Shown here: positions 8,453-16,222 of the stretch, piece by piece
Position numbering within the stretch: position 1 is the first letter of the stretch
How the letters are laid out: each line of letters starts with the position of its first letter
Assembly (NCBI GenBank): GCA_964554505.1
Contig: CAZKOU010000001.1
Location: 13,060-48,478, forward strand
Reading direction: 5' to 3'
Source of the DNA: an uncultured Candidatus Saccharibacteria bacterium
Lineage (GTDB): Bacteria > Patescibacteriota > UBA1384 > CAZKOU01
DNA: 35,419 nt
Position numbers and translations under genes: made by a program
Notes under the pieces: generated by a model
Told to the model about the DNA's origin: nothing
Database searches by the model: none
Seen by the model: only the letters and a program-made list of their open reading frames with translations

Positions 8453-9403
8453 ATGAAAAAACCAAAAGTTCTGGTGACTAAAAATGTTCCCTACTTTGAC
8501 CTTAGGCCATTGAAAAAAAAGGCCTCTTTATTTGTGTCGCCAATTTCAAATCTCCGCGGTAAAAATTTTACGGCTATTCTTTCTATGCTGACCGATAAAA
8601 TTGATGAAAAAATATTAAAGGCCGCGGGGCCAGAATTAAAAATTGTCGCCAATTTCGCGGTAGGTTATGACAATATTGATATTAAGGCCTGCACCAAACG
8701 AAAAATTTGGGTCACGAACACGCCTGACGTCCTTAATGAGGCCGTGGCCGAACATACTTTTTCTTTGCTTTTGGCTACCGCCCGGCGAATAGTGGAGGCC
8801 GACCAATTTATACGTCAAAAAAAATTCCGTGGTTTTGAACCCACTCTTTTTTTGGGGCGCCAAATTCAAGGAAAAAAGCTGGGCATTATTGGCTTGGGCA
8901 AAATTGGCAGTTATCTGGCTGAAATCGCTCGCGGCTTTAGAATGAAAATTATTTATTTTGATGTCCACCGCCAAAAAAAATTAGAACAAGGACTCAAAAT
9001 TCAATACCGCCCCCTAAACTCGTTAATTAAAAACAGCGACTTCATTTCTCTGCACGTTCCCCTCCTCCCGGCCACACATCACTTAATCGGCAAAAGAGAA
9101 TTAAAATTAATGAAAAATGATGCAATTTTAATCAACACGGCGCGCGGGCCAGTGGTTGATGAAAAAGCGCTATATCGGACTCTCAAAAAAGGGGAAATCG
9201 CAGGCGGGGGCCTGGATGTCTTTGAAAACGAACCAAAATTAACGCCGGGGCTTTCTCAACTTAGAAATGTGATTTTAACGCCGCATATTGCTTCAGCCAC
9301 AAACGAAACTCGCGACAAAATGGCCAAATTAGCCATTAAAAATATCCTTAATGTTTTAGAAAGTAAAAAACCAAAAACCCCGGTCAATCAAATCAATGCT
9401 TAA
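8453..9403 (+). CDS. D-isomer-specific 2-hydroxyacid dehydrogenase (glycerate/glyoxylate/hydroxypyruvate reductase-like)
   Basis: GIIGLGKIGSYLA NAD-binding site; NTARG, LDVFENEP and TPHIASAT motifs. Confidence 0.85.
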   Translation: MKKPKVLVTKNVPYFDLRPLKKKASLFVSPISNLRGKNFTAILSMLTDKIDEKILKAAGPELKIVANFAVGYDNIDIKACTKRKIWVTNTPDVLNEAVAEHTFSLLLATARRIVEADQFIRQKKFRGFEPTLFLGRQIQGKKLGIIGLGKIGSYLAEIARGFRMKIIYFDVHRQKKLEQGLKIQYRPLNSLIKNSDFISLHVPLLPATHHLIGKRELKLMKNDAILINTARGPVVDEKALYRTLKKGEIAGGGLDVFENEPKLTPGLSQLRNVILTPHIASATNETRDKMAKLAIKNILNVLESKKPKTPVNQINA

Positions 9404-9506
9404 TCAACTTCCTGCCACCAACTCAACAAGTTTAATTATCCCCTTCTTAGCCGGACTGGTTATTATTATTATTGCTTATTTTGTTTTCAACAAACCGAAA
9501 AAGTAA
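9396..9506 (+). CDS. Candidate 36-aa single-TM micro-protein (absent from the ORF track)
   Basis: ATG overlaps the dehydrogenase stop (AATGCTTAA). Translation: MLNQLPATNSTSLIIPFLAGLVIIIIAYFVFNKPKK. It fills the otherwise empty 107-nt gap before convergent trxB. Confidence 0.25.
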   Translation: MLNQLPATNSTSLIIPFLAGLVIIIIAYFVFNKPKK

Positions 9507-9510
9507 TTTT

Positions 9511-10443
9511 CTAAGATTTTAATTTGTTAAGATAGTCCACGATTGCCAAAGCCGAGCAAGTTCCCTGCCCCACCGCAATACTAATTTGTTTGTAAGGTAT
9601 ATTAGTCACATCGCCAGCCGCAAAAAAACCGGGCAAAGAAGTGCGGCAAAAAGAATCAACGATTATCTCGCCGAATTTATTTTTTTTGACGCCAAAGGCC
9701 ATTTGACTGTTGGGCACTAAGCCAATATGAATAAAAATGCCGTCTGCCCGAAGATGTTTTGATTTACCGCTTTGTTTGTCTTTGTAATCTAAACCAGTCA
9801 CAAAACTATCTCCTAAAATTTTAGCCGTTTGGCTATTATAAATAATTTGCACATTTTTAAGTTTTTTTACTTTGTCAATTAAAACTCCGTCTCCATTCAT
9901 ATCCGGATTAGTGGTAATCAGATAATGCTGTTTGGCGATTTCGGAAAGCATAATCGCGGACTCCAGCGCTGAATTACCGCCGCCAATGGTGACGGTTATC
10001 TTTCCGTCAAATAGAGGCCCGTCACAGACAGTGCAATAAGAAACCCCTTTGGCGTAAAACTCTTTCTCGCCCGGGATATTTAAATGTTTTGGAGTCGCGC
10101 CCGTGGTTAATAAAACCGTTTTAGAAAAAAAATTATAAGTACGGCCGCGTTTTTTAGTTTTTGTCTTAAAAATATTACCGTGCTTTTTTATTTCCTCCAC
10201 CTCCCATTCCAAATGTGCTTCCGCGCCAACGGACTTTAAATGTTCCTTAAATTTAGCGCTTAATTCAATGCCGTCTATTTTGAGAAAGCCAAGGTAGTTT
10301 TCAATAACGCCGCTCTTGGCAACCTCGCCGCCGAAATCCAGGGAGATGACTTTAAAATTTAAATTCCGCCGCCGGGCATAAATAGCCGCTGTCGCCCCCG
10401 CGGCTGAACCACCCACAATTAAAAGGTCTAAAACCTTGCTCAT
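9511..10443 (-). CDS. trxB: Thioredoxin-disulfide reductase-like flavoprotein
   Basis: GGSAAGATAA FAD site, CTVCDG redox dithiol, GGGNSALESA NADPH site, GDVT motif. Confidence 0.8.
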   Translation of the reverse strand: MSKVLDLLIVGGSAAGATAAIYARRRNLNFKVISLDFGGEVAKSGVIENYLGFLKIDGIELSAKFKEHLKSVGAEAHLEWEVEEIKKHGNIFKTKTKKRGRTYNFFSKTVLLTTGATPKHLNIPGEKEFYAKGVSYCTVCDGPLFDGKITVTIGGGNSALESAIMLSEIAKQHYLITTNPDMNGDGVLIDKVKKLKNVQIIYNSQTAKILGDSFVTGLDYKDKQSGKSKHLRADGIFIHIGLVPNSQMAFGVKKNKFGEIIVDSFCRTSLPGFFAAGDVTNIPYKQISIAVGQGTCSALAIVDYLNKLKS

Positions 10444-10931
10444 CTTTGATAATGTTCCTGCGCCTTAATTATTTCCTGTTGGACTAAGTAAGGATTGCGC
10501 ACATTGTCTAACTGGATTACCTCTGCTGTGCCCGCGGTTCTAATTTTAACCATGCCATAATCAAAAATATTTTGAAAAAAATTTTTGACTTCAAAAGTCA
10601 CATCCTGAATTTTATCCAGCGGCGCTTCAGTTACTTGGCGGTGAAAAAATGATTTCTGCCTGACCACGACAATCCTCTGACTGGTCACAATATAAAGATA
10701 GTTACGCCACAAAAACCAGGTGGTAAAAAGGTACATTCCACCCACCAAAACAAAAATGGCTAAAGCAATAGAAGGAAACAACGAGGCCTTAAAAATCAAA
10801 AATAGAAAAATAACAACAAGAAATAAAAGGGTGACCTTCAAAACAGGCCAGGTCAAAACAAAAGGGTGTTGCTTTGCCACAATAGAAATTCTTTCGTTTT
10901 CTTTCTGGCCTTCAAAATGATATTCGGGCAT
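10440..10931 (-). CDS. Bacterial PH-domain (bPH/YdbT-like) membrane protein
   Basis: Two central TM helices followed by a small beta-rich domain. ATGA overlap with the trxB start. Confidence 0.55.
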   Translation of the reverse strand: MPEYHFEGQKENERISIVAKQHPFVLTWPVLKVTLLFLVVIFLFLIFKASLFPSIALAIFVLVGGMYLFTTWFLWRNYLYIVTSQRIVVVRQKSFFHRQVTEAPLDKIQDVTFEVKNFFQNIFDYGMVKIRTAGTAEVIQLDNVRNPYLVQQEIIKAQEHYQR

Positions 10932-11940
10932 TTCTCTTTCCTCTCTTCCATTCTACCAGAACCAAGAGGAAAGCTAAAGAAAATAAAATCGCTAAAAGCC
11001 AAAGGCCGGCTCTAATTTTTTCTTGAGGGTTGTTGCCCAGTAAAGCAAAAACGCCAAAAACCAAAGCCAGCACCCAAAGAAAAATTACCGCCAGACGTTG
11101 TGGCAAACCGATTGAAAGAAGGCGATGGTGAAGATGCTGTCTGTCAGCTAAAAATGGTGATTTGCCCAAAAAAAGCCGCCGCAGTATCGCCCAAAAAGCA
11201 TCAAAGATAGGCACTCCTAAAACCAAAAGCGCGGTGGCAATTTTACCGCCCGCGATTACAGCAAGAACTGCCAGCATAAATCCCAAAAACTGGCTTCCCG
11301 AATCGCCCATAAAAATAGAGGCGGGGTTAAAATTCCAAAGCAAGAATCCCAAGGTCGCCCCAGCTAAAACAATCGTCATTAACGCTAAATCCCATTGACT
11401 CACCGGCGGACGGCTGGCTAAGAAAAATAATATCAACGCCGCAATAGTGCTAATGCCGGCGGCTAAGCCGTCTAGACCATCTAAAAAATTCATACTATTG
11501 ACTAAAACCAAAATCCAAAGCCCGGTAAAAAACAAAGAAAGTATTTGGGAAAAATAAAAAACATTACCAAAAGGCGTTCTTAGATAATCAATGCCCAGAC
11601 CAAAAAAAAGGACGACTAAAATAGCGGCAATTTGACCCAGTAATTTTGTGGCTGGAGAAAGATTTTTAATGTCATCAATAATACCAAAAATTACCAAGAT
11701 AACCGAGCCCAAAAATACTCCCACCAAGCGCGGCTCAAAATTTCTTAAAAGAGAAAAAACCAAAAGCCAGAAAGACAAAAAAATAGCCACCCCGCCCAAA
11801 CGCGGAATCGGCTTTTTATGTACTTTGCGGGGCGAAGGAAAATCTACAAAACCTTGCTTTGCTGCCAACCTGCCAATGAAAAAAGTGAGTACAGCGGAAA
11901 CGAGAAGGGCAAGAAAAAATGGCAAAACAAATTCTGACAT
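10912..11940 (-). CDS. Polyprenyl-phosphate N-acetylhexosamine-1-phosphate transferase (WecA/TagO/MraY superfamily, GT4)
   Basis: NSMNFLDGLDGLAAG signature and about 10 TM helices. ATG at 11940 has GGAG 8 nt upstream; the ORF-track GTG at 11949 overlaps ndk. Confidence 0.85.
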   Translation of the reverse strand: MSEFVLPFFLALLVSAVLTFFIGRLAAKQGFVDFPSPRKVHKKPIPRLGGVAIFLSFWLLVFSLLRNFEPRLVGVFLGSVILVIFGIIDDIKNLSPATKLLGQIAAILVVLFFGLGIDYLRTPFGNVFYFSQILSLFFTGLWILVLVNSMNFLDGLDGLAAGISTIAALILFFLASRPPVSQWDLALMTIVLAGATLGFLLWNFNPASIFMGDSGSQFLGFMLAVLAVIAGGKIATALLVLGVPIFDAFWAILRRLFLGKSPFLADRQHLHHRLLSIGLPQRLAVIFLWVLALVFGVFALLGNNPQEKIRAGLWLLAILFSLAFLLVLVEWKRGKRNARISF

Positions 11941-11942
11941 TT

Positions 11943-12500
11943 TTACCACTCCAAAATTTCTTCCGGCGCAAACCAGTGTTCAATTTCTTTTTGGGCTTCT
12001 TCTTTTGTCTCGGAAGCGTGGACCAAATTATGAACCGGCCTTTTTTCCAAGTTGGCGGCGGTAGGCGCGTCAATGGAAAAATCGCCGCGGATAGTACCCA
12101 CTTCCGCAAACGACGGAATTGTCGGTCCCACAATTTTTCTGACTTGCGAGACCGCGTGCGGGCCCTCCCAAACCATAGCCGCGATGGGCGCGGAAATCAT
12201 AAATTCAATCAACCATTTTCTTACTTCCTGCCCAATTTGCGAGGGCCCATCAAAACCCAATAATTCTTTAACATTCAAATTATGTTCGCGGTAAGTTTTT
12301 AAACTTTTTTCGCCCAAACGGGTAATCCAGCTCTCATCCCTTGGATAATGTTCATCAATGTGCTCCAATGTCGGGCGAACCATTTTCAAAGCCACCAATT
12401 TTAAGCCCCTTTTTTCAAAACGGCTGATAATCTCACCCACTAAACCGCGCCTTAAACCGTCCGGCTTAATCAAAAGAACGGTTCTTTCTTTAAACATCAA
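11943..12500 (-). CDS. ndk: Nucleoside-diphosphate kinase (long form with internal insertion)
   Basis: ERTVLLIKPDGLRRGLVGEIISRFEKRGLKLVALK, TIRGDF and NLVHAS (active-site His) motifs. Confidence 0.85.
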   Translation of the reverse strand: MMFKERTVLLIKPDGLRRGLVGEIISRFEKRGLKLVALKMVRPTLEHIDEHYPRDESWITRLGEKSLKTYREHNLNVKELLGFDGPSQIGQEVRKWLIEFMISAPIAAMVWEGPHAVSQVRKIVGPTIPSFAEVGTIRGDFSIDAPTAANLEKRPVHNLVHASETKEEAQKEIEHWFAPEEILEW

Positions 12501-13761
12501 GCAACCTCACAAATTTTTCTTCATTTTTATACGGACCGATAATAGCTAAGTTTAATTTTGAATTTTGAAATATGTCGTTGGCTAATTTTTGAATATCTAA
12601 AGCATCCACTTTATTATTCGCGGCCACAATTTCTTCCGGCTGTTCAATTCTACCCCAAAAAATTTCCTGTTCTGCCAAAAAATCGGCAATGGAATGAGAA
12701 TCCTCCAGGCCAAGATAAAGCCGACCCTTTAAATTTTCCTGGGCTTTTTTTAATTCTTCCTCTCTTACTTTTTCCTTTTTTAGTTTAGCCAACTCATTTA
12801 AGGTAACCTTCAGCGCTTCCTCAATTTTATTGATTTTAATGCCGGCTTGCACGACAAAAACGCCGTGGTCCTGAAAATCCCAATAGTCCGAAGAAATATG
12901 ATAAGCCAGACCTCTTTTTCCGCGCACCTCGAAAAAAAGCCGCGAGGACATTGTATCGCCTAAAATATTATTTAAAACACGAAGCGCGGGCCGGCGCTTA
13001 TCCAAGCGCGAGAAAGAATGTACTCCTAAAACAAAATGGGCTTGGTCGGTTTTTTTAGAATAAACTCTCATTGCCGGCCTTTCTTGCCTTGGTAAAAATA
13101 TCTCCTCCAAAATTTTATTTCTTTTTTCCAGTCCATTACAATATTTTTTAATTAAATCAATCCACCTTATTCTTCCTTCCTGCCCCGTTACGGCCAAAAT
13201 TAAATTAGAAGGATGGTAAAATTGCTGGCGGAAGGAAAGGAAATCGGATTGCTTAAAACTTTTAACCGTTTCCTTTGTGCCCGCGATATTAAAACCCACC
13301 GGGTGATTTAGAAAAATTAATTCTTTGGCTAAATCCACCACATGACGCTGGGGAATATCTTGATACATATTAATTTCCTCAATAATCACCCCCTTTTCTT
13401 TTTCAATTTCGCGAGGGGCGATTTGAGAATGAAACACCATATCAAACAAAACATCAAATGCCTTGGAAAATAAATCAAAGGGGGCGCACACATAATAACC
13501 CGTCACTTCTTCGCCGGTAAAAGCATTGTAAACCGCGCCCATATTGTCTAATTCATAAGAAATAGCTTGCGCGTCTGACCTCTTTTTTGTTCCCTTAAAC
13601 ATCAAGTGCTCCAAAAAATGGGCCGTGCCGTTTTGCTCTTTTGTTTCAAATCGCGAGCCAGTATGAAACAAAAATAAAATCGTCACCGCATTGGTTTCCT
13701 TCATCGGCGCGGTCAGAACGCGCAAGCCGTTTTTAAGTTGATGTTTTTGAAAATTAATCAT
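12490..13761 (-). CDS. M16-family (pitrilysin/insulinase-like) zinc peptidase
   Basis: HFLEHLMFKGT inverted zinc motif (HxxEH); about 420 aa with two-lobe architecture. Confidence 0.85.
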   Translation of the reverse strand: MINFQKHQLKNGLRVLTAPMKETNAVTILFLFHTGSRFETKEQNGTAHFLEHLMFKGTKKRSDAQAISYELDNMGAVYNAFTGEEVTGYYVCAPFDLFSKAFDVLFDMVFHSQIAPREIEKEKGVIIEEINMYQDIPQRHVVDLAKELIFLNHPVGFNIAGTKETVKSFKQSDFLSFRQQFYHPSNLILAVTGQEGRIRWIDLIKKYCNGLEKRNKILEEIFLPRQERPAMRVYSKKTDQAHFVLGVHSFSRLDKRRPALRVLNNILGDTMSSRLFFEVRGKRGLAYHISSDYWDFQDHGVFVVQAGIKINKIEEALKVTLNELAKLKKEKVREEELKKAQENLKGRLYLGLEDSHSIADFLAEQEIFWGRIEQPEEIVAANNKVDALDIQKLANDIFQNSKLNLAIIGPYKNEEKFVRLLDV

Positions 13762-13765
13762 TTTG

Positions 13766-13794
13766 ATAAGAAAATAAGCCCGTCCCCCACGGAC
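13766..13794 (-). terminator. Intercistronic hairpin plus U-tract (terminator-like or attenuator) immediately after the 71-aa ORF
   Basis: mRNA sense: GUCCGU-GGGGG-ACGGGC then UUAUUUUCUUAU. It ends only 4 nt before the M16 ATG, so it may be partial or a stability element rather than a full stop. Confidence 0.3.
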
Positions 13795-14010
13795 TTAATC
13801 TACGGGAATTTCCGACTCTTCAAACGGCCATTTTAAATTAGGATGATTTTTGCATCCCTCTGCCAGGTGTCTACCGATTGCCAGCGAATCTGCGGGGAAA
13901 ATATTTTTCCAACCCCTTGAAATTAAGTTGTCAACATCAGAACAAGTTAGTTTACCATCTCTTCGGCTAAAAACAAGGGGCTCAGTATATGTTGCAGAAT
14001 AATCAGTCAT
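13795..14010 (-). CDS. Hypothetical 71-aa protein, translationally coupled partner of the 314-aa ORF
   Basis: ATGA start/stop overlap with the upstream ORF. Soluble, with two Cys; I recognise no motif. Confidence 0.5.
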   Translation of the reverse strand: MTDYSATYTEPLVFSRRDGKLTCSDVDNLISRGWKNIFPADSLAIGRHLAEGCKNHPNLKWPFEESEIPVD

Positions 14011-14951
14011 AATCTTTGTTTTTCTCCTTCCATGGATGCTTTCAGTATCTGGCCAAACTTTCGGGACTCAAGAGCTTCTCGAGTATACCATTCTTTCGGC
14101 TTTCCCGTCAAGAGGTTCACCCCTTCTTCAATTCCACCGGTGCTCATATCAATCCACATCGGAATGAATTTTCTTTGATGAGGGTCTTTGGACTCTAATC
14201 TACGAGCGGCTTGGACTAATTTATCGCGATCGGTCTCGCCATCTGCCTCTTCAGCGCTTAAATTTTCCGCCGAAGGTTGAGAAATGTAATTGACGGTTTT
14301 AATTTGACAAACCAAAACCCTCCCAGGCAAAATTAGAAAAAGATCAATTTTATCTTCAACGTCTTGTCGGGGCGAAGGCCAATGAGGCCGTAAGCCCAAA
14401 TTCATTTTTTGAACCAAAGAAGCAAAGCAAACTTCACCCAATACTCCGTTTCTTAAAATTGAGGGCAACTCAATTTTTGAATGATATAAATCATTATAAT
14501 GTTCTAAAGTGCCCCAGTAATTTTCCGCAAATCTTTCTACCCAAGGCCTATCTAAGTTCTCCCAGAGAAATTGGGATAATCGTCCCTGCCACACCGCGTC
14601 AGACAATTTTAAATCTTCTAAAATTTTATTTTCATTTTCGACTGGATTGTGCTCATTGTGCCGGCGCCACAGAACCCCTCTTTTTACTTCACGCAAAACT
14701 GCCCGTCGGGCATCAATTAACAACGACAGGGCGATTTTCTCTGTTGGAGTAAAATTTTCTGTCTCATTAATTCCATTCTGTTTTTCTATCAGTACCGCAG
14801 ATTGTTTCCAAACTCCACTTTGGGATTCGATGGCTTCCTCATCAACTTCTCGCATCGAAGAATTAAAAATTTTCCTGATATTTTCCAGATTAAATTCCAA
14901 TTCTTCAGTTTCTTGACCAAATTCACTTTGGGCTCCCAAAATTTCAACCAT
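14007..14951 (-). CDS. Hypothetical 314-aa protein with a NERD/PD-(D/E)xK-like nuclease-fold core (E...D...QxK)
   Basis: AAGGA SD 5 nt upstream. 8-nt overlap (ATGGTTGA) with the dedA stop. aa 169-222 read GVLGEVCFASLVQKMN...DKIDLFLILPGRVLVCQIKTVNY. Confidence 0.7.
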   Translation of the reverse strand: MVEILGAQSEFGQETEELEFNLENIRKIFNSSMREVDEEAIESQSGVWKQSAVLIEKQNGINETENFTPTEKIALSLLIDARRAVLREVKRGVLWRRHNEHNPVENENKILEDLKLSDAVWQGRLSQFLWENLDRPWVERFAENYWGTLEHYNDLYHSKIELPSILRNGVLGEVCFASLVQKMNLGLRPHWPSPRQDVEDKIDLFLILPGRVLVCQIKTVNYISQPSAENLSAEEADGETDRDKLVQAARRLESKDPHQRKFIPMWIDMSTGGIEEGVNLLTGKPKEWYTREALESRKFGQILKASMEGEKQRL

Positions 14952-15579
14952 TAAATTCCTTATTGATTTTATTATTTCTGATATGTCGCCAAATCCAAAA
15001 AATCACTGCTAATATTATTATAACTAAAATTAAAACGTCAAAGCGGTGAAAGTAGAGACGCAGTCCCTCCCAATTTTCGCCCATTTTAAAGCCCAAATAA
15101 GCCAAAAATAAAGACCAGGGCAAAGAGCCCAGAAAAGAGTAAATTGAAAAGCGGAAAATATTCATTTTAGAAATTCCGGCGGGCAGAGAAATAAAAGTTC
15201 TGACCACAGGCATTAAACGGGTGATGAAAACGGTAATTTCGCCGTATTTTTGAAACCAGCGCTCCGCCCTTTCCAGATCGCGGCGGGAAAGAAAAATATA
15301 TTTGCCGTATTTTTCAATCAAGGGTCGACCGCCTAAAGAACCCAAATAATAAGAAAAAAGGGAACCCCCTAAATTACCCGCGGCTCCCCAGAATCCCACC
15401 ATCCACAAATTAAACTGGCCCTTGAAGGCCAAAAAACCGGAAAAGGGCATAATAATTTCCGATGGCAAGGGGATATTGGCTGATTCCAAGGCCATCAAAA
15501 AAAAGACGCCAAAGTAACCCAGTTTAGAAATGGTGTTAATAATAAAGTGAGCTAAAATCGCGACAACTTGCTCAATCAT
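14944..15579 (-). CDS. DedA-family (SNARE-associated/VTT domain) membrane protein
   Basis: GYFGVFFLMALESANIPLPSE and re-entrant-loop pattern; about 210 aa. ATGA overlap with the PAP2 stop. Confidence 0.85.
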   Translation of the reverse strand: MIEQVVAILAHFIINTISKLGYFGVFFLMALESANIPLPSEIIMPFSGFLAFKGQFNLWMVGFWGAAGNLGGSLFSYYLGSLGGRPLIEKYGKYIFLSRRDLERAERWFQKYGEITVFITRLMPVVRTFISLPAGISKMNIFRFSIYSFLGSLPWSLFLAYLGFKMGENWEGLRLYFHRFDVLILVIIILAVIFWIWRHIRNNKINKEFNG

Positions 15580-16151
15580 AATTTCAATTTAATGGCCAAT
15601 TTAATAATTGGGGACAAAAGGCGGTTAAGCAAGTCACCCAAAAGCCAAAAAAGAACGGCTGCAAACAAGCCCAGTGGTATGGCAATAGCGACATCGGCAA
15701 AGTAATGCAGGCCCACGGCTATACGGCTTAGACCCACAAAAATAGCGGCTAATAAAAAGAGCCAACCCAATTTTTTGTATTTCACTAAGAAGAAGTAAAA
15801 AGCCAAAGAAAAAAGCACAATAGAATGTTCCGAGGGAAAGGCAGTTGAGGGCCGGTGAAACAAGGGGTCAAATACTCCTACGCCGGGCAAGTCCGGTCGC
15901 GAGCGCGGCAGCCAGAAAGAAAAAAAAGAAGCGAGCACAAACCAACTAAAAACCGCCATCAAAAATGCCTGCAAAGCATTTTTCTTGTTGTTCTGGCCGG
16001 GATAAAACCAAAGTAAAATTAAAGTCAAAGGCACTAAGTAAACCAACCAGACCGCCAGCAATTTCGCCAAAAAAAGAAGCCCGGGCCAGCGCCCCACAAA
16101 ATAATAAATATTTTGAGTGATGGTGAAGTCCAAAGAAATTAAGTTTCCCAT
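15576..16151 (-). CDS. PAP2-family lipid phosphatase (BcrC/PgpB-like, candidate undecaprenyl-diphosphatase)
   Basis: The three PAP2 motifs: RSRPD, PSEHS and SRIAVGLHYFADV. Six TM helices. Confidence 0.85.
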   Translation of the reverse strand: MGNLISLDFTITQNIYYFVGRWPGLLFLAKLLAVWLVYLVPLTLILLWFYPGQNNKKNALQAFLMAVFSWFVLASFFSFWLPRSRPDLPGVGVFDPLFHRPSTAFPSEHSIVLFSLAFYFFLVKYKKLGWLFLLAAIFVGLSRIAVGLHYFADVAIAIPLGLFAAVLFWLLGDLLNRLLSPIIKLAIKLKL

Positions 16152-16170
16152 TTTTCTATCTTAACAGAAA

Positions 16171-16199
16171 TTGACTTTATAGAAAATATGTCGTAATAT
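16171..16199 (+). promoter_or_regulatory. Sigma70-like promoter (TTGACT-N17-TAATAT) for the recombinase gene
   Basis: Hexamers at 16171-16176 and 16194-16199, in the divergent gap between the PAP2 and xer genes. Confidence 0.5.
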
Positions 16200-16222
16200 C
16201 TACATAGATAATCCTAAAAAAT

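Noticed and set aside
11648-12294. Overlapping plus- and minus-strand ORFs (138, 105, 114 and 80 aa) across the WecA-like/ndk junction.
   Set aside because: All overlap well-supported genes on the other strand or in another frame. Their Lys/Arg/Pro-rich translations have no motifs and no plausible SD.
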